From a virus, in IMG/VR virus record IMGVR_UViG_3300047472_000237, positions 18,788 through 82,787 of that record: a stretch of 64,000 nt of DNA, one strand, 5' to 3'. The notes under the pieces are model-generated. The model worked only from the letters and a program-made list of their open reading frames with translations. It was not told the origin of the DNA and ran no database searches. Below, one piece after another: positions 48,884 to 58,996 of this stretch (within the stretch, counting starts at the first letter, position 1; each line of letters opens with the position of its first letter). The translations under genes were made by a program, and so were the position numbers.

Positions 48884-51800
48884 ATGTTCTTCCTTGACAC
48901 AACCAGCAAGTCGCTCGAGCTCGTCCTGGGCGGAGCGAAGACCACCAACCATCTGACGTGGACGACCTCCTGGGCCGACCACACGAGCACGGCGTTCAGC
49001 CTGGCCTCGGACGACGGCGTGTCGAACGACACCACGGCGGTCACCATCGTTCCCGCGCCGAGCGGCTCGAACAAGCGACAGGTGAAGTACGTCAACATCC
49101 ACAACACCGACACGGTCGATGCCGACGTCATCATCCAGATGAACACGGGCACCGTCCGCAAGATGATCTCGGTGACGCTCGCCAAGCTGGAGTCCCTCGT
49201 CTACGACGAGCACAACGGCTGGCAGGTCATGCTGGAGGACGGCGGCGTCAAGATCCTCGGCCCCAAGGGTGACAAGGGCGACACCGGCGAACAGGGCGAG
49301 CAAGGGGAGCAGGGCGAACAGGGCATCCAAGGCATCCAGGGCGTGGCCGGCGACGACGGGGCCGACGGCGCGGATGGTGCTGACGGGGCCACGGGGGCAA
49401 CCGGAGCGGACGGCGACGACGGGGCGGATGGTGCCGACGGCATCAGCTTCATCTGGCGTGGGGCGTACAACGGTGCGACCGCGTACGTCGCCAACGATGC
49501 GGTGAGCTACCTGGGCTCGTCCTACATCGCCATTGCCTCGACGACAGGCAACCTCCCGACCGACGCGACCAAGTGGGAGCTCATGGCCCAGAAGGGCGAC
49601 ACCGGGGCCACCGGCGCGACTGGGGCAACTGGTGCTGCGGGAGCCGACGGCGCTGATGGTGTCGACGGGGATGACGGGGCGACGGGTGCCACCGGAGCGA
49701 CTGGATCCACGGGGGCCACGGGTGCGGCCGGCCGCAACGCGGGCCTTCGCTACCTCTACTCGACGGACACGGCGAACACCGACCCGACCAGCGGCAAGGT
49801 CAAGTTCAATACGACGACCCTCTCGGCGGCGGTCACCCTCCGCATCAGCGAAACGGACAACGACGCGAACAACGTGGCGTCCTTCCTCGCCACTTGGGAC
49901 GACGGCACGAGCACCATCAAGGGCACCGTCGTCATGACCAAGACGGCTGACCCGGCCGTGCTCGCGGCGTTCGACATCAGCGGCACGCTGACGGACAGCG
50001 GCACGTGGGACGCCTTCACGGTGGTCAACACGCTCTCCGCCGGCAGCTTTGCGAACAACGACCCGGTCGAGCTCAAGTTCACCGCCAAGGGCGACAAGGG
50101 CGATACGGGTGCGACCGGGTCGACTGGCTCGACGGGCACCACGGGAACGGCGGGCACCAACGGAACGAACGGCATCAGCGTCGGCAACAAGTTCACCTAC
50201 AGCACGACCACGACCGCGTCCGACCCCGGCGCGGGCCTCTTCCGCCTGAACAACGCGACGCCGGCCTCGGCCACCGCGATCTACATCAGCGAAACCGACG
50301 CCGACGCGGCGGGCATCGGTGCGTTGCTTGCCACCTTCGACGACTCGACCAGCACCGTCAAGGGCCAGCTGACCATCCGCAAGGACGCCGACAGTTCGAG
50401 CTTCCGCGTGTACGCCGTCTCCGGCACGCTCACCGACAACGGCAGTTGGGACACGCTCACCATCGCTCACGTCGCGGGCAACGGCACCTGGGCCAACAAC
50501 GACGTCATGCGGGTCACCTTCGACCGCACGGGCGACAAGGGTGACACCGGCGCAACGGGCACCACGGGAACGACCGGCACGGCGGGCACCAACGGCACCG
50601 ACGGCGTGAGCAACGGCTTCCAGTACGTCTACAGCACCACCACGACCGCCAGCGACCCAGGCTCTGGCATCTTCCGACTGAACAACGCCACCGTCGCCTC
50701 GGCCACCGCGCTGTACATCAGCGAGACGGACAACCTCGCCAACGCCATCGCGGCTGAGATCGCGACGTGGGACGACTCGACCTCGACGATCAAGATGCGG
50801 TTGAAGATCGTCAAGAAGTCGACCCCGGCGACCTTCGCGGAGTTCAACGTCACGGGCACCCTGACCGACAACGGCACGTGGGATACCATGACGGTGGCCT
50901 ACGTGACCGGCGCTGGCACCTTCTCCAACAGCGACGTGGTCCTGATTCAGCCCAGCAGGGTCGGCGACAAGGGCGACACAGGCACGACGGGCACCACGGG
51001 CACGACTGGCACGCCGGGAACGAACGGCACCAACGGTCTCGACGAGGGATACCTCTACGCCTACAACAGCACCACGACCGCGAGCGACCCCGGCTCAGGC
51101 ACCTTCCGCCTGAACAACGCCACGCTCGGATCCGCGACGGCGCTGTACATCAGCGAGACCGACGGGGACGGCGTCACGCTGACGAGTCTGCTCGCCGCGT
51201 TCGACGACTCGACCTCGACCAACAAGGGATACATCACCTTCCGCAAGGTCGGCACGTCGGCCAACTATCGCACGTATGCGATCACCGGCACGCTGACCGA
51301 CAGCGGCACCTGGAACACGTTCACCCTGACCCACGTGGCGGGTGCTGGCACGTGGACGACCGGCGATACGTTCCGCCTGACCTACGCTCGCACGGGCGAC
51401 AAGGGCGACACGGGTGCCACCGGCGCAGACGGGGCCGCTGGTGCCACGGGCTCGACCGGCTCGACTGGCTCGGCGGGTGCCAACGGCATCGACGCGGGCG
51501 TCCCCTTCCAGTACAGCACCACCACGACCGCGAGCGACCCCGGCGCGGGGTTCCTCCGGTTCAACAACGCGACCCTGTCCTCGGCCACCACGCTGTACAT
51601 CAGCGAGACCGCCTCGAGCAGCATCGGCATTGCCAACTGGCTCGCCAACTGGGGCCGGGCGAACAGCCAGCTGATCCGTGGGTTCATCCACGTGTACAGC
51701 AAGGTGTCGCCGACCACGTTTGCGATCTTCAGCCTCCGCTCGGCTCCGACCGACAACGGCACCTGGAACACGTTCACGGTCGCCCCGATCATGACGAACG

Positions 51801-52507
51801 GCACCTTGGGCAACAACGACGCGGTCAGCATCGTCTACGAAAGCAGCGGTGCAGAAGTCGACAACGACAGCCTTCAGGTCAACGGCAGCGGTCTGCTCGA
51901 GATGCACAAGGCGCGGAACTCTTCCGGTGATCCTGGCAGCGTGGGCGACGGGGAGCTCTGGACGGACACGGCCGGCGGCAACCGCGTGCGTGCCCGTTCG
52001 GGCGGCACCAGTTCGTCCTGGTGTGGCGTGGCCAGCGTCACGAGCTCCAGCGTCAGCGTCTCGAACACGACGTCAGAAACTCAGTTCACGAACTCTGTCC
52101 TGAACGTGACGGCGGCTTCGCTCGCCAGCGAGCGGACATACGAAGTGGTCGCGTGGGGGCGGTATCAGTCGACGGCCACACCCAACCTCCAGTTCCGTAT
52201 CAAGATCAACGGTGCAGCGGGCACGACCTTGTCCGGTTCCGGCAACTTCGCGGTGATCACGAATGCCAACACGCGCGTGTGGTTCACCCGTGCCATCATC
52301 ACCTTCTGGGGCAGCGGCTCAAGCGTTACGGCTTCCACGTTCCAGGACTCGTCGGTCGACAACTCCGTCGACTCGGCTCGTCACGATCTCACGACTGGTA
52401 TCAACCTCTCGAGCAACTTCACCATGGGCGTCACGGCCACCTGGTCGGCCGCGTCCTCCTCGAACGTCGCAACCTGCAACGGCTGCGTCTGGAAGGCAAT
52501 GAACTAA
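48884..52507 (+). CDS. Long collagen-linked repeat fibre protein
   Basis: Gly-X-Y tracts separating five ~120-aa repeats (YSTTTTASDPG.G.FRLNN..YISETD..GTLTDNGTW). Confidence 0.8.
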   Translation: MFFLDTTSKSLELVLGGAKTTNHLTWTTSWADHTSTAFSLASDDGVSNDTTAVTIVPAPSGSNKRQVKYVNIHNTDTVDADVIIQMNTGTVRKMISVTLAKLESLVYDEHNGWQVMLEDGGVKILGPKGDKGDTGEQGEQGEQGEQGIQGIQGVAGDDGADGADGADGATGATGADGDDGADGADGISFIWRGAYNGATAYVANDAVSYLGSSYIAIASTTGNLPTDATKWELMAQKGDTGATGATGATGAAGADGADGVDGDDGATGATGATGSTGATGAAGRNAGLRYLYSTDTANTDPTSGKVKFNTTTLSAAVTLRISETDNDANNVASFLATWDDGTSTIKGTVVMTKTADPAVLAAFDISGTLTDSGTWDAFTVVNTLSAGSFANNDPVELKFTAKGDKGDTGATGSTGSTGTTGTAGTNGTNGISVGNKFTYSTTTTASDPGAGLFRLNNATPASATAIYISETDADAAGIGALLATFDDSTSTVKGQLTIRKDADSSSFRVYAVSGTLTDNGSWDTLTIAHVAGNGTWANNDVMRVTFDRTGDKGDTGATGTTGTTGTAGTNGTDGVSNGFQYVYSTTTTASDPGSGIFRLNNATVASATALYISETDNLANAIAAEIATWDDSTSTIKMRLKIVKKSTPATFAEFNVTGTLTDNGTWDTMTVAYVTGAGTFSNSDVVLIQPSRVGDKGDTGTTGTTGTTGTPGTNGTNGLDEGYLYAYNSTTTASDPGSGTFRLNNATLGSATALYISETDGDGVTLTSLLAAFDDSTSTNKGYITFRKVGTSANYRTYAITGTLTDSGTWNTFTLTHVAGAGTWTTGDTFRLTYARTGDKGDTGATGADGAAGATGSTGSTGSAGANGIDAGVPFQYSTTTTASDPGAGFLRFNNATLSSATTLYISETASSSIGIANWLANWGRANSQLIRGFIHVYSKVSPTTFAIFSLRSAPTDNGTWNTFTVAPIMTNGTLGNNDAVSIVYESSGAEVDNDSLQVNGSGLLEMHKARNSSGDPGSVGDGELWTDTAGGNRVRARSGGTSSSWCGVASVTSSSVSVSNTTSETQFTNSVLNVTAASLASERTYEVVAWGRYQSTATPNLQFRIKINGAAGTTLSGSGNFAVITNANTRVWFTRAIITFWGSGSSVTASTFQDSSVDNSVDSARHDLTTGINLSSNFTMGVTATWSAASSSNVATCNGCVWKAMN

Positions 52508-52833
52508 TGAGCCTGCCCTACATCGCATCATCCGGCGACTCCGCTGTCGAGACTGCCGACAACGAGTGGACCGATGTCCTCGAGATCCCCGGCACGGCCG
52601 TGGTCAACTGGATCACCCTCATCAACGAGGGCGATTGGAGCGGCTACTGGCGTCTCACGGACGGCGACGGCGCGACCACCGCCACGCGGCTGGTCGCCGG
52701 CGCGGGCGAGCCAGGCGGACGCCGGTCGGTCATCAACATCCCCTGCCCTGGGCTCAGCGGCGCTCGGCTCCAGGTCAAGAAGGCCCTGATGGGCGACCAC
52801 CTGACGGGCATCTACGCCTTCGGCATGAAATGA
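52507..52833 (+). CDS. Hypothetical beta-rich protein
   Basis: TAATG-coupled to the fibre gene. Confidence 0.55.
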   Translation: MSLPYIASSGDSAVETADNEWTDVLEIPGTAVVNWITLINEGDWSGYWRLTDGDGATTATRLVAGAGEPGGRRSVINIPCPGLSGARLQVKKALMGDHLTGIYAFGMK

Positions 52834-52985
52834 AGAAACGACTCCTCATCCTCGCACTCGCAGCCGGCCTGCTGGTCGGCTGCGAGTCCATGAAGGTGCG
52901 GCCGTACATCCGCAACTCGGACGAGCTCCTCGAGCCGACGTGGCGGGACTACTACATCGGTCTCGAGGCATCAGGCCAGTTTTGA
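52830..52985 (+). CDS. Small lipoprotein
   Basis: MKKRLLILALAAGLLVGC lipobox. Confidence 0.6.
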   Translation: MKKRLLILALAAGLLVGCESMKVRPYIRNSDELLEPTWRDYYIGLEASGQF

Positions 52986-53024
52986 GAGAAGGGCCTATAG
53001 GATCCAGCATCCATCAGGAGGGGG

Positions 53025-53348
53025 TCACCTCTGGAGCCGACCACGCAGCGCCTGAACCATGGCCTGGTGGCCGAGGCGGGCGAGTGTGCGAGGCCCAGGA
53101 AGTTGCGACAGCTTCGCCGAGAACTTGACTGGCGGCTTCGGAGGAAGGGCCGCCAACTCCCCACGCACGCGGAACAAGAGTTCCGCATAGTCTTCCTCCT
53201 CGTCCCGCAAATCTTGGACCATAGACGAGAGCCGGCGCGGTGCACGGCCTTCGTGGCCGCACAGGTCACGGACATAGCACCGAAGGTCAGCGTGTGCCCG
53301 CTTCAGGGCCTTCGCCATCAATTCAAGCTCAGCGCGGCTCAGGTTCAT
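53025..53348 (-). CDS. Hypothetical helical protein (only credible minus-strand gene)
   Basis: MNLSRAELELMAKAL..; divergent from the recombinase. Confidence 0.45.
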   Translation of the reverse strand: MNLSRAELELMAKALKRAHADLRCYVRDLCGHEGRAPRRLSSMVQDLRDEEEDYAELLFRVRGELAALPPKPPVKFSAKLSQLPGPRTLARLGHQAMVQALRGRLQR

Positions 53349-53380
53349 CGGGATAATCTCTCGCTCGTCCCCGGTCCCCG

Positions 53381-53454
53381 ATTCATCAAGATTCACGCCG
53401 CTGTCAGAAGGTTCACGCGTATTCATTAGGATTCATCCGTGATTCACGAGGTCA
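53381..53454. repeat. ~10-bp phased (A/G)TTCA array
   Basis: TCA cores at 53383, 53393, 53404, 53413, 53423, 53433, 53444, 53452. Confidence 0.6.
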
Positions 53455-53680
53455 GCGACGTTCCCCGGAGGGCAGCCGCCGGCACCCCGCCGGCATCATA
53501 CTGCTCCACCGTTCACCGCTGTGCCACTCGTTCGGGTAGGTCCACCATGACCAGACGTTGAAGGTCCAAGTCCTTCACCGCCCCGGCGAGTAGCACCTAG
53601 AGTCTCTTCCCGCCGCCGGTGAGGTACAAGGACAGAAGATATTTGGTTGCTTTGTCCCATCCCCGCTGCATGATACGGGC

Positions 53681-54547
53681 ATGTCGCAACGCAACCTTAT
53701 GGACGGCTTCATCAGCCACCTGTGCTCCGAACGCCGCCTGGCGGACGAGACCGTGGAAGCGTACCGGCGCGACGTCCACGCGGCCAACACCTACCTGAAG
53801 ACGCTCGGCGTCGAGCTCGCCACGGCTACCCTGGAGCACATCCAGACGTACGTGCGAAGCCGCTCGCAGATGGGCCACTCGGCCGCTACGGTCGCCCGCA
53901 ACATCGCGGCCATCCGCTGCTTCCTGATGTACCAGACCGCCCTGGGCCAAGACCGCACGGCGGTGGCTGAGGCGATGGAACGGCCCAAGGGCGAGCAGCG
54001 GCTTCCGACGATCATCAGTGAGGCCCAGGCGGCGGCCATGATGGACGTGCCCCTCGGCGCTCCTCTGGCCCTCCGGGACAAGGCGATGCTCGAACTGTTG
54101 TACGGCTGCGGCCTTCGTGCAAGCGAGCTTGTGGGCGTGCGGATCGACGCCCTCGACCTGGCGGCTGGCACCCTGCGGGTCATCGGCAAGGGTGACCGCG
54201 AGCGCGAGCTCCCGCTCAATGCTACGGCCGCTCGAGCCGTCGCCGCGTACCTGGAGGCCCGCCCGCCCTCAAAGCACCCGACGCTCTTCCTGAGCTACCG
54301 GGGCGAGCCTCTGGACCGCATCGCGCTGTGGCACATCGTAGGCCGCCACGCCGAACGGGCCGGCATCTGCAAGCACGTGCACCCGCACGTCCTGCGACAC
54401 GCCTTCGCCAGCCACATGCTCAGCGGCGGGGCCGACCTTCGCGTCATCCAGGAGATGCTCGGCCACGCCGATGTCACCACGACGCAAGGGTACGTCCACG
54501 TGGATATTAAACGCCTGAAAGGTGTGCACGCCCTACTCGGACGGTGA
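53681..54547 (+). CDS. XerC/XerD-like tyrosine recombinase
   Basis: LRDKAMLELLYGCGLRASEL, GKGDRER, HPHVLRHAFASHML..GADLRVIQEMLGHADVTTTQGY. Confidence 0.92.
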   Translation: MSQRNLMDGFISHLCSERRLADETVEAYRRDVHAANTYLKTLGVELATATLEHIQTYVRSRSQMGHSAATVARNIAAIRCFLMYQTALGQDRTAVAEAMERPKGEQRLPTIISEAQAAAMMDVPLGAPLALRDKAMLELLYGCGLRASELVGVRIDALDLAAGTLRVIGKGDRERELPLNATAARAVAAYLEARPPSKHPTLFLSYRGEPLDRIALWHIVGRHAERAGICKHVHPHVLRHAFASHMLSGGADLRVIQEMLGHADVTTTQGYVHVDIKRLKGVHALLGR

Positions 54548-54601
54548 GCTTTCGGCTACAATAGCCGGAAGAATCCTTCACCCCTTGTCAGGAGAATGCA
54601 C

Positions 54602-55852
54602 ATGTCGGAGTATTCAGGCAAGCTCAACGACGGGCGGGCGTTTACCGCCACCGTCACGAGCAGCAGTGTCGTCGTTCTGGTCGCTGGCGAACAGGTGTGG
54701 CCTGTCGTCGCGCCGCCACCGCCCCCGCCGCCGGCCAACCCGGTCGCCGGCTACACGAAGGTCGCCCGCGAGGGCCAGACCTACGACCTCGGCAACAAGA
54801 TCGCCGACGTCGCGTACGGCTCCGGCACCAAGTTCGCCTTCAAGTCGGGCGTCAAGGGCGTCGTCGCCTTCAACAACGCCACCTTCGGTGATCCGATTGT
54901 CAACACCGTCAAGGACGGGTATGTCAAGGTCACGGGCGAAGTACCGACGACCCCGCCGCCACCGCCGCCCCCGCCGCCGACGAAGCGGAAGAACGGCGGC
55001 ATCAGCGACGCCAGCACGCCGGCCGTCCACGTGCCGTTCTGGAAGGAGATCGGCCTCAACAGCATCCGCATCTGGGTGGGCCTGTGGGACACCGGCGACG
55101 TCGACGAGAACAAGCTGCGGACGATCAATTCGTACTTCGGCATCGACGGCGGCGCGGTCACGCCTCGCATCGTGCTGACGCCGCCCTATCAGGGCACGAA
55201 GATCCCGCCGCACCCGGCCCTCGCCATCGAGAAGATCAAGCGGACGCTGGACAAGCGTGTGCAGATCAACCTCATCAACGAGCCGAACTGGTCGAACTAC
55301 TGGCCGGGGAACAACTGGATGCAGGCGTTCGAGTGGGCCCACAAAGTGGCCGGCGAGCTCCGAGCGGCCGGCTTCAAGGTCGGCACGCCCTCGTTCACCG
55401 GCTGGGAGGACAGCTGGGAAGGCTGGTTCGACCAGATCATCGCGAAGGGGTGGCACACGAACTACGACGTTGTCGTCGGCCACAACTACCCGAACGTCAA
55501 CCCGGACAAGGACTTCAACGGCTTCGTCAGCCGGTTCGACAAGACGAACGCGAACGCCCGCCGCATCGCGGACAAGCTGGAGAAGCTGCTCGGCCGGCCG
55601 ATCGGCGTCGACATCGACGAGTGGGGCCTTGGCAAGAACATCAGCGACGACACCTTCCTGAAGATCATGCCGACCCTCCAGGCGTCGCTGAACAAGTACA
55701 CGACCGACTCCGCGTACTTCATCGTCAGCCGGTCGGGCAGCGCGGCGGCTCCGAAGGATCCACACGACCTGTTCAACTGGGCCATCGACTTCAAGAGCGG
55801 CGAGCGGCGGCAGAAGGTTGTGGACGGCTTCAAGGCCGCCGCAAAGGTCTGA
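54602..55852 (+). CDS. Glycoside hydrolase-like TIM barrel (clan GH-A) with Pro-rich linkers
   Basis: INEPN acid/base, GHNY, IDEWG nucleophile-like motifs; two poly-Pro linkers. Confidence 0.65.
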   Translation: MSEYSGKLNDGRAFTATVTSSSVVVLVAGEQVWPVVAPPPPPPPANPVAGYTKVAREGQTYDLGNKIADVAYGSGTKFAFKSGVKGVVAFNNATFGDPIVNTVKDGYVKVTGEVPTTPPPPPPPPPTKRKNGGISDASTPAVHVPFWKEIGLNSIRIWVGLWDTGDVDENKLRTINSYFGIDGGAVTPRIVLTPPYQGTKIPPHPALAIEKIKRTLDKRVQINLINEPNWSNYWPGNNWMQAFEWAHKVAGELRAAGFKVGTPSFTGWEDSWEGWFDQIIAKGWHTNYDVVVGHNYPNVNPDKDFNGFVSRFDKTNANARRIADKLEKLLGRPIGVDIDEWGLGKNISDDTFLKIMPTLQASLNKYTTDSAYFIVSRSGSAAAPKDPHDLFNWAIDFKSGERRQKVVDGFKAAAKV

Positions 55853-55878
55853 CCTCACTGACTCCAACCTGAACCGAA

Positions 55879-55907
55879 CGGCCCGACGGGATATTCCCGT
55901 CGGGCCG
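55879..55907. terminator. Hairpin after glycoside hydrolase gene
   Basis: CGGCCCGACGGGA-TAT-TCCCGTCGGGCCG. Confidence 0.55.
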
Positions 55908-55944
55908 CTTGCGTCCTGGGCCGACACAGGTATGGTTGCGGTCT

Positions 55945-57066
55945 ATGAGCGACGCAACCACGAGCGGCATTCCCATCCTGTACTCACGTCGTTCCGACGG
56001 CGGTGTCCAGACCTGGCAAGTCGAAGTGGAGGGCGGCAAGTTCCGCACCACGAGCGGCATCCGGGGCGGCAACCTGACCACCAGCGCCTGGACACAGGCC
56101 AAGGGCAAGCAGGGTCGCTCCGACTCAGAGCAAGCCGAGAAAGAGGCCCGCGCCCTGTGGACCAAGAAGAAGGACGAAGGCTACTGGCCAAACGAAGCGG
56201 ACATCGACACGCAGGCGTTCTTCTCCCCGATGCTCGCTGAGGTGTTCGAGGACCGCGAGGCCCTCGTCAAGCAGGCGCTGACGGCCGGGGGCCGGCTGTG
56301 GGTGCAGCCCAAGTTCGACGGAATGAGGTGCATTGCCCAGAGGGGCGGCCTGACGTCGCGCAACGGCAAGCCGATCGTCTCCGCCCCGCACGTCCACGCG
56401 GCCGTCGTGAAGGCGTTCGCCAAGTTCAAGATCGACTTCTTCGTGACGGACGGTGAGCTCTACGCCCACAAGTTCGCGAACGACTTCAACAAGATCATCA
56501 GCCTCGCCAAGAAACAGAAGCCGACGGCAGCCGACCTGGCCGCGTCGGCGGAGACCCTCCAATATCACATCTATGACCTGCCGCACCACTCCGGCGGATT
56601 CACGGCCCGCTACAACGAGCTCTTGAGCATCATGAGCCTGAGCGACCCGTGCATCCAGATCTCCCCAACGGTGCAGGTCGGCTCGATGTCCGAGATCGAA
56701 GAGTGGTTCGCCAAGTGGCGTCAGGAAGGCTATGAGGGCCTCATGATTCGGTTCGACCAGCCGTATCAGAACAAGCGCTCCCGCTCGCTCCTGAAGTATA
56801 AGGTCATGAGCGAAGAGGACTACACGGTGCTCGACGTGCACGAGGGCGAGGGCAACCGCGCGGGGATGGCTGGGGCGATGGAGTTCGCCACGGCTGGCGG
56901 CACCCGCTTCACCGCGTCGATCATGGGCAACATGGAGCTCTTCCGGCGGCTCCTGGCGGACAAGGCGAAGGTCATCGGCAAGGTGGCCTCCATCCAGTTC
57001 CAGAACCTGACGCCGGCCGGCGTGCCCCGCTTCCCCTACGTGAAAGCGATTCGCGACTATGAATGA
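55945..57066 (+). CDS. ATP-dependent DNA ligase
   Basis: PMLA, QPKFDGMR, DGELY, YDL, EGLMIR, LLKYK, GVPRFP. Confidence 0.92.
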   Translation: MSDATTSGIPILYSRRSDGGVQTWQVEVEGGKFRTTSGIRGGNLTTSAWTQAKGKQGRSDSEQAEKEARALWTKKKDEGYWPNEADIDTQAFFSPMLAEVFEDREALVKQALTAGGRLWVQPKFDGMRCIAQRGGLTSRNGKPIVSAPHVHAAVVKAFAKFKIDFFVTDGELYAHKFANDFNKIISLAKKQKPTAADLAASAETLQYHIYDLPHHSGGFTARYNELLSIMSLSDPCIQISPTVQVGSMSEIEEWFAKWRQEGYEGLMIRFDQPYQNKRSRSLLKYKVMSEEDYTVLDVHEGEGNRAGMAGAMEFATAGGTRFTASIMGNMELFRRLLADKAKVIGKVASIQFQNLTPAGVPRFPYVKAIRDYE

Positions 57067-58132
57067 TCTCTTCACTCTGCCGATCTCGCCGAAGTACGTG
57101 AGCCATTGGGGCGTGTGGGAGGGCATCCGCGAGCTCATCCAGAACGCCCTCGACCAGCAGGCCCGCGATCCTGACTGCGTCGTGCTCATCGAGCACTTCG
57201 TGGACATCGTGCGGATCTCGACCAGCACCGGCCGGCTGCTGCCGGAGACGCTGCTCCTGGGCAACACGACCAAGAGCGAAGACCCGTCGCAGCGCGGCAA
57301 GTTCGGGGAAGGCTACAAGCTGGCCCTGCTCGTGCTGACGCGGGCCGGCCACCCGGTTACGATCCACAACGGCGACGTGAAGTGGCGGCCGGAGATCGAG
57401 TTCAACGAGCAGTTCAACTCGGACGTGCTGAACGTCCACGTTGAGGACTACGAAGACGGCGAGGAGCCGGTCACGGGCGTCGACATCCACATCCACGGCA
57501 TCACCGAGGAGCAGTGGCGACTGGTCGAGCTCAACCGCTACGGCGACGGCAGCTTCGACGAGATCCTGCACGAGCCGGAGCAGAAGGGCCGCGTGTACGT
57601 CGGCGGCCTGTTCGTGTCCCACAACCAAACGCTCAAGTGCGGCTATGCGTTCCGCCCAGGGACGGTGATGTTGGACCGCGACCGGGGCATGGTGGACGGC
57701 TTCGATCTGGAGTACCAAACGTCGCGGCTCTGGACGCGGCAAGGCCCCAACCGCCGCGTGGACGCCCTGCTCGACGAAGAGGCCCCCGACGTCAAGTACG
57801 TCGAGGCCCACGTGCACGCCAAGCACGAGTTCGCGACCGGGTACGCGGCGCGGTTCGTCGAACGGCACGGCCCCGACGTTACGCCTGTTGCGACGCAGGA
57901 GGAAGTCGAGCAAGCCAACGCCGCCGGCATGCGGTGGGTGCTCGTCCCGAAGCTGGTCAAGGCCCTCCTGAGCAAGGTGCGGCGGATCTTCATACCGTCG
58001 TTCGACCCGCCAGTCGTGCGGCTCGAGAAGTTCTTGAAGCGGTTCCAGAACCACGTCGGCCCCGACGGCAAGAGGGAGCTCGAGGAGATTATTGCACTGC
58101 TCAAGCCTGTTGTCGCGAAGCCGTCCGCATGA
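57059..58132 (+). CDS. GHKL (HSP90/MutL-like) ATPase domain protein
   Basis: IRELIQNALD, GNTTK, GKFGEGYK. Confidence 0.8.
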   Translation: MNDLFTLPISPKYVSHWGVWEGIRELIQNALDQQARDPDCVVLIEHFVDIVRISTSTGRLLPETLLLGNTTKSEDPSQRGKFGEGYKLALLVLTRAGHPVTIHNGDVKWRPEIEFNEQFNSDVLNVHVEDYEDGEEPVTGVDIHIHGITEEQWRLVELNRYGDGSFDEILHEPEQKGRVYVGGLFVSHNQTLKCGYAFRPGTVMLDRDRGMVDGFDLEYQTSRLWTRQGPNRRVDALLDEEAPDVKYVEAHVHAKHEFATGYAARFVERHGPDVTPVATQEEVEQANAAGMRWVLVPKLVKALLSKVRRIFIPSFDPPVVRLEKFLKRFQNHVGPDGKRELEEIIALLKPVVAKPSA

Positions 58133-58147
58133 GAGAGTTCCAGCACT

Positions 58148-58480
58148 ATGAACAAGCAGCAGTTTCTCGAGCACTGGAAGAACCTCCCTGCCAACCAGCC
58201 GATCAACCCGACGGTCATCCCGTACAAGCACGAGGGCCGGACGTACGGCGAGGACGGCATCCGAATCACAGGCAACCGCGCGTTCATCGACAGCGTGCTC
58301 AGCCGGCTCCAGGATCTGCTCGTGCACGAGAACGACAGCACCCGGCTCAACGCCAGCTACGCACAGCAGAAGGATCGGGAGACCCAGCAGCCGGTCGACA
58401 GCTTCACCGTGTACATCCAGGTGCGTGAGCGCGGCGGCGAGGCACAGATTGCGAACTCCGTGTTCGGGAGACCCAAATGA
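58148..58480 (+). CDS. Hypothetical protein
   Basis: 110-aa ORF, phage codon usage. Confidence 0.55.
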   Translation: MNKQQFLEHWKNLPANQPINPTVIPYKHEGRTYGEDGIRITGNRAFIDSVLSRLQDLLVHENDSTRLNASYAQQKDRETQQPVDSFTVYIQVRERGGEAQIANSVFGRPK

Positions 58481-58705
58481 AACGATTCGCCAAGCTGCGT
58501 CGCCTCGTGGGACTGTTCCTCTGCCGCCACGTGCGGCACGTCGGCCCGCTCCTGTACGGCGGCGGGATGATGTACTCCGACGACCTCGTCCGCTGTGAAT
58601 ACTGCGGACGAGAGAAGTACGAAGAGCACTGGACCTGGTGGGAAGTCGCCCGCTCCAGGAGAACAACCGACGCGAGGCACGCTGCCAGCGTCAAGGAAAA
58701 GACAA

Positions 58706-58996
58706 ATGAGAATCCGTCCAAGTCCCGATTTGCAAGTTCGAATCGTTCAAATGCTCGTCGCCGAGTACAACGGTCCAAACGTCGCCATGAACTCGATGGC
58801 CCTGGCGATGCCTAAGCACAAGGAACAGGCCGAGCTCTGGTTTGCCATGCGAATGTCCCTGGGCATGGACGGGTACTTGACCAACGAAGAGGCGGCCCGC
58901 TGCATCCGTGAGGTGCTGTACCCGGATCCGGTCGCAGCGCCGGCCGACCCGACTCCCCCGTGGCCCGCGACGAAGGGTGTGTCGAATGGCGGATGA
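58706..58996 (+). CDS. Hypothetical protein
   Basis: ORF from MRIRPSPDLQ with AAGGA RBS. Confidence 0.45.
   Translation: MRIRPSPDLQVRIVQMLVAEYNGPNVAMNSMALAMPKHKEQAELWFAMRMSLGMDGYLTNEEAARCIREVLYPDPVAAPADPTPPWPATKGVSNGG

Noticed and set aside
48884-52507. CRISPR array or diversity-generating retroelement TR/VR pair in the repeats
   Set aside because: Repeats are in-frame protein repeats with general divergence; no constant repeat-spacer pattern, and no reverse transcriptase or cas gene in the window
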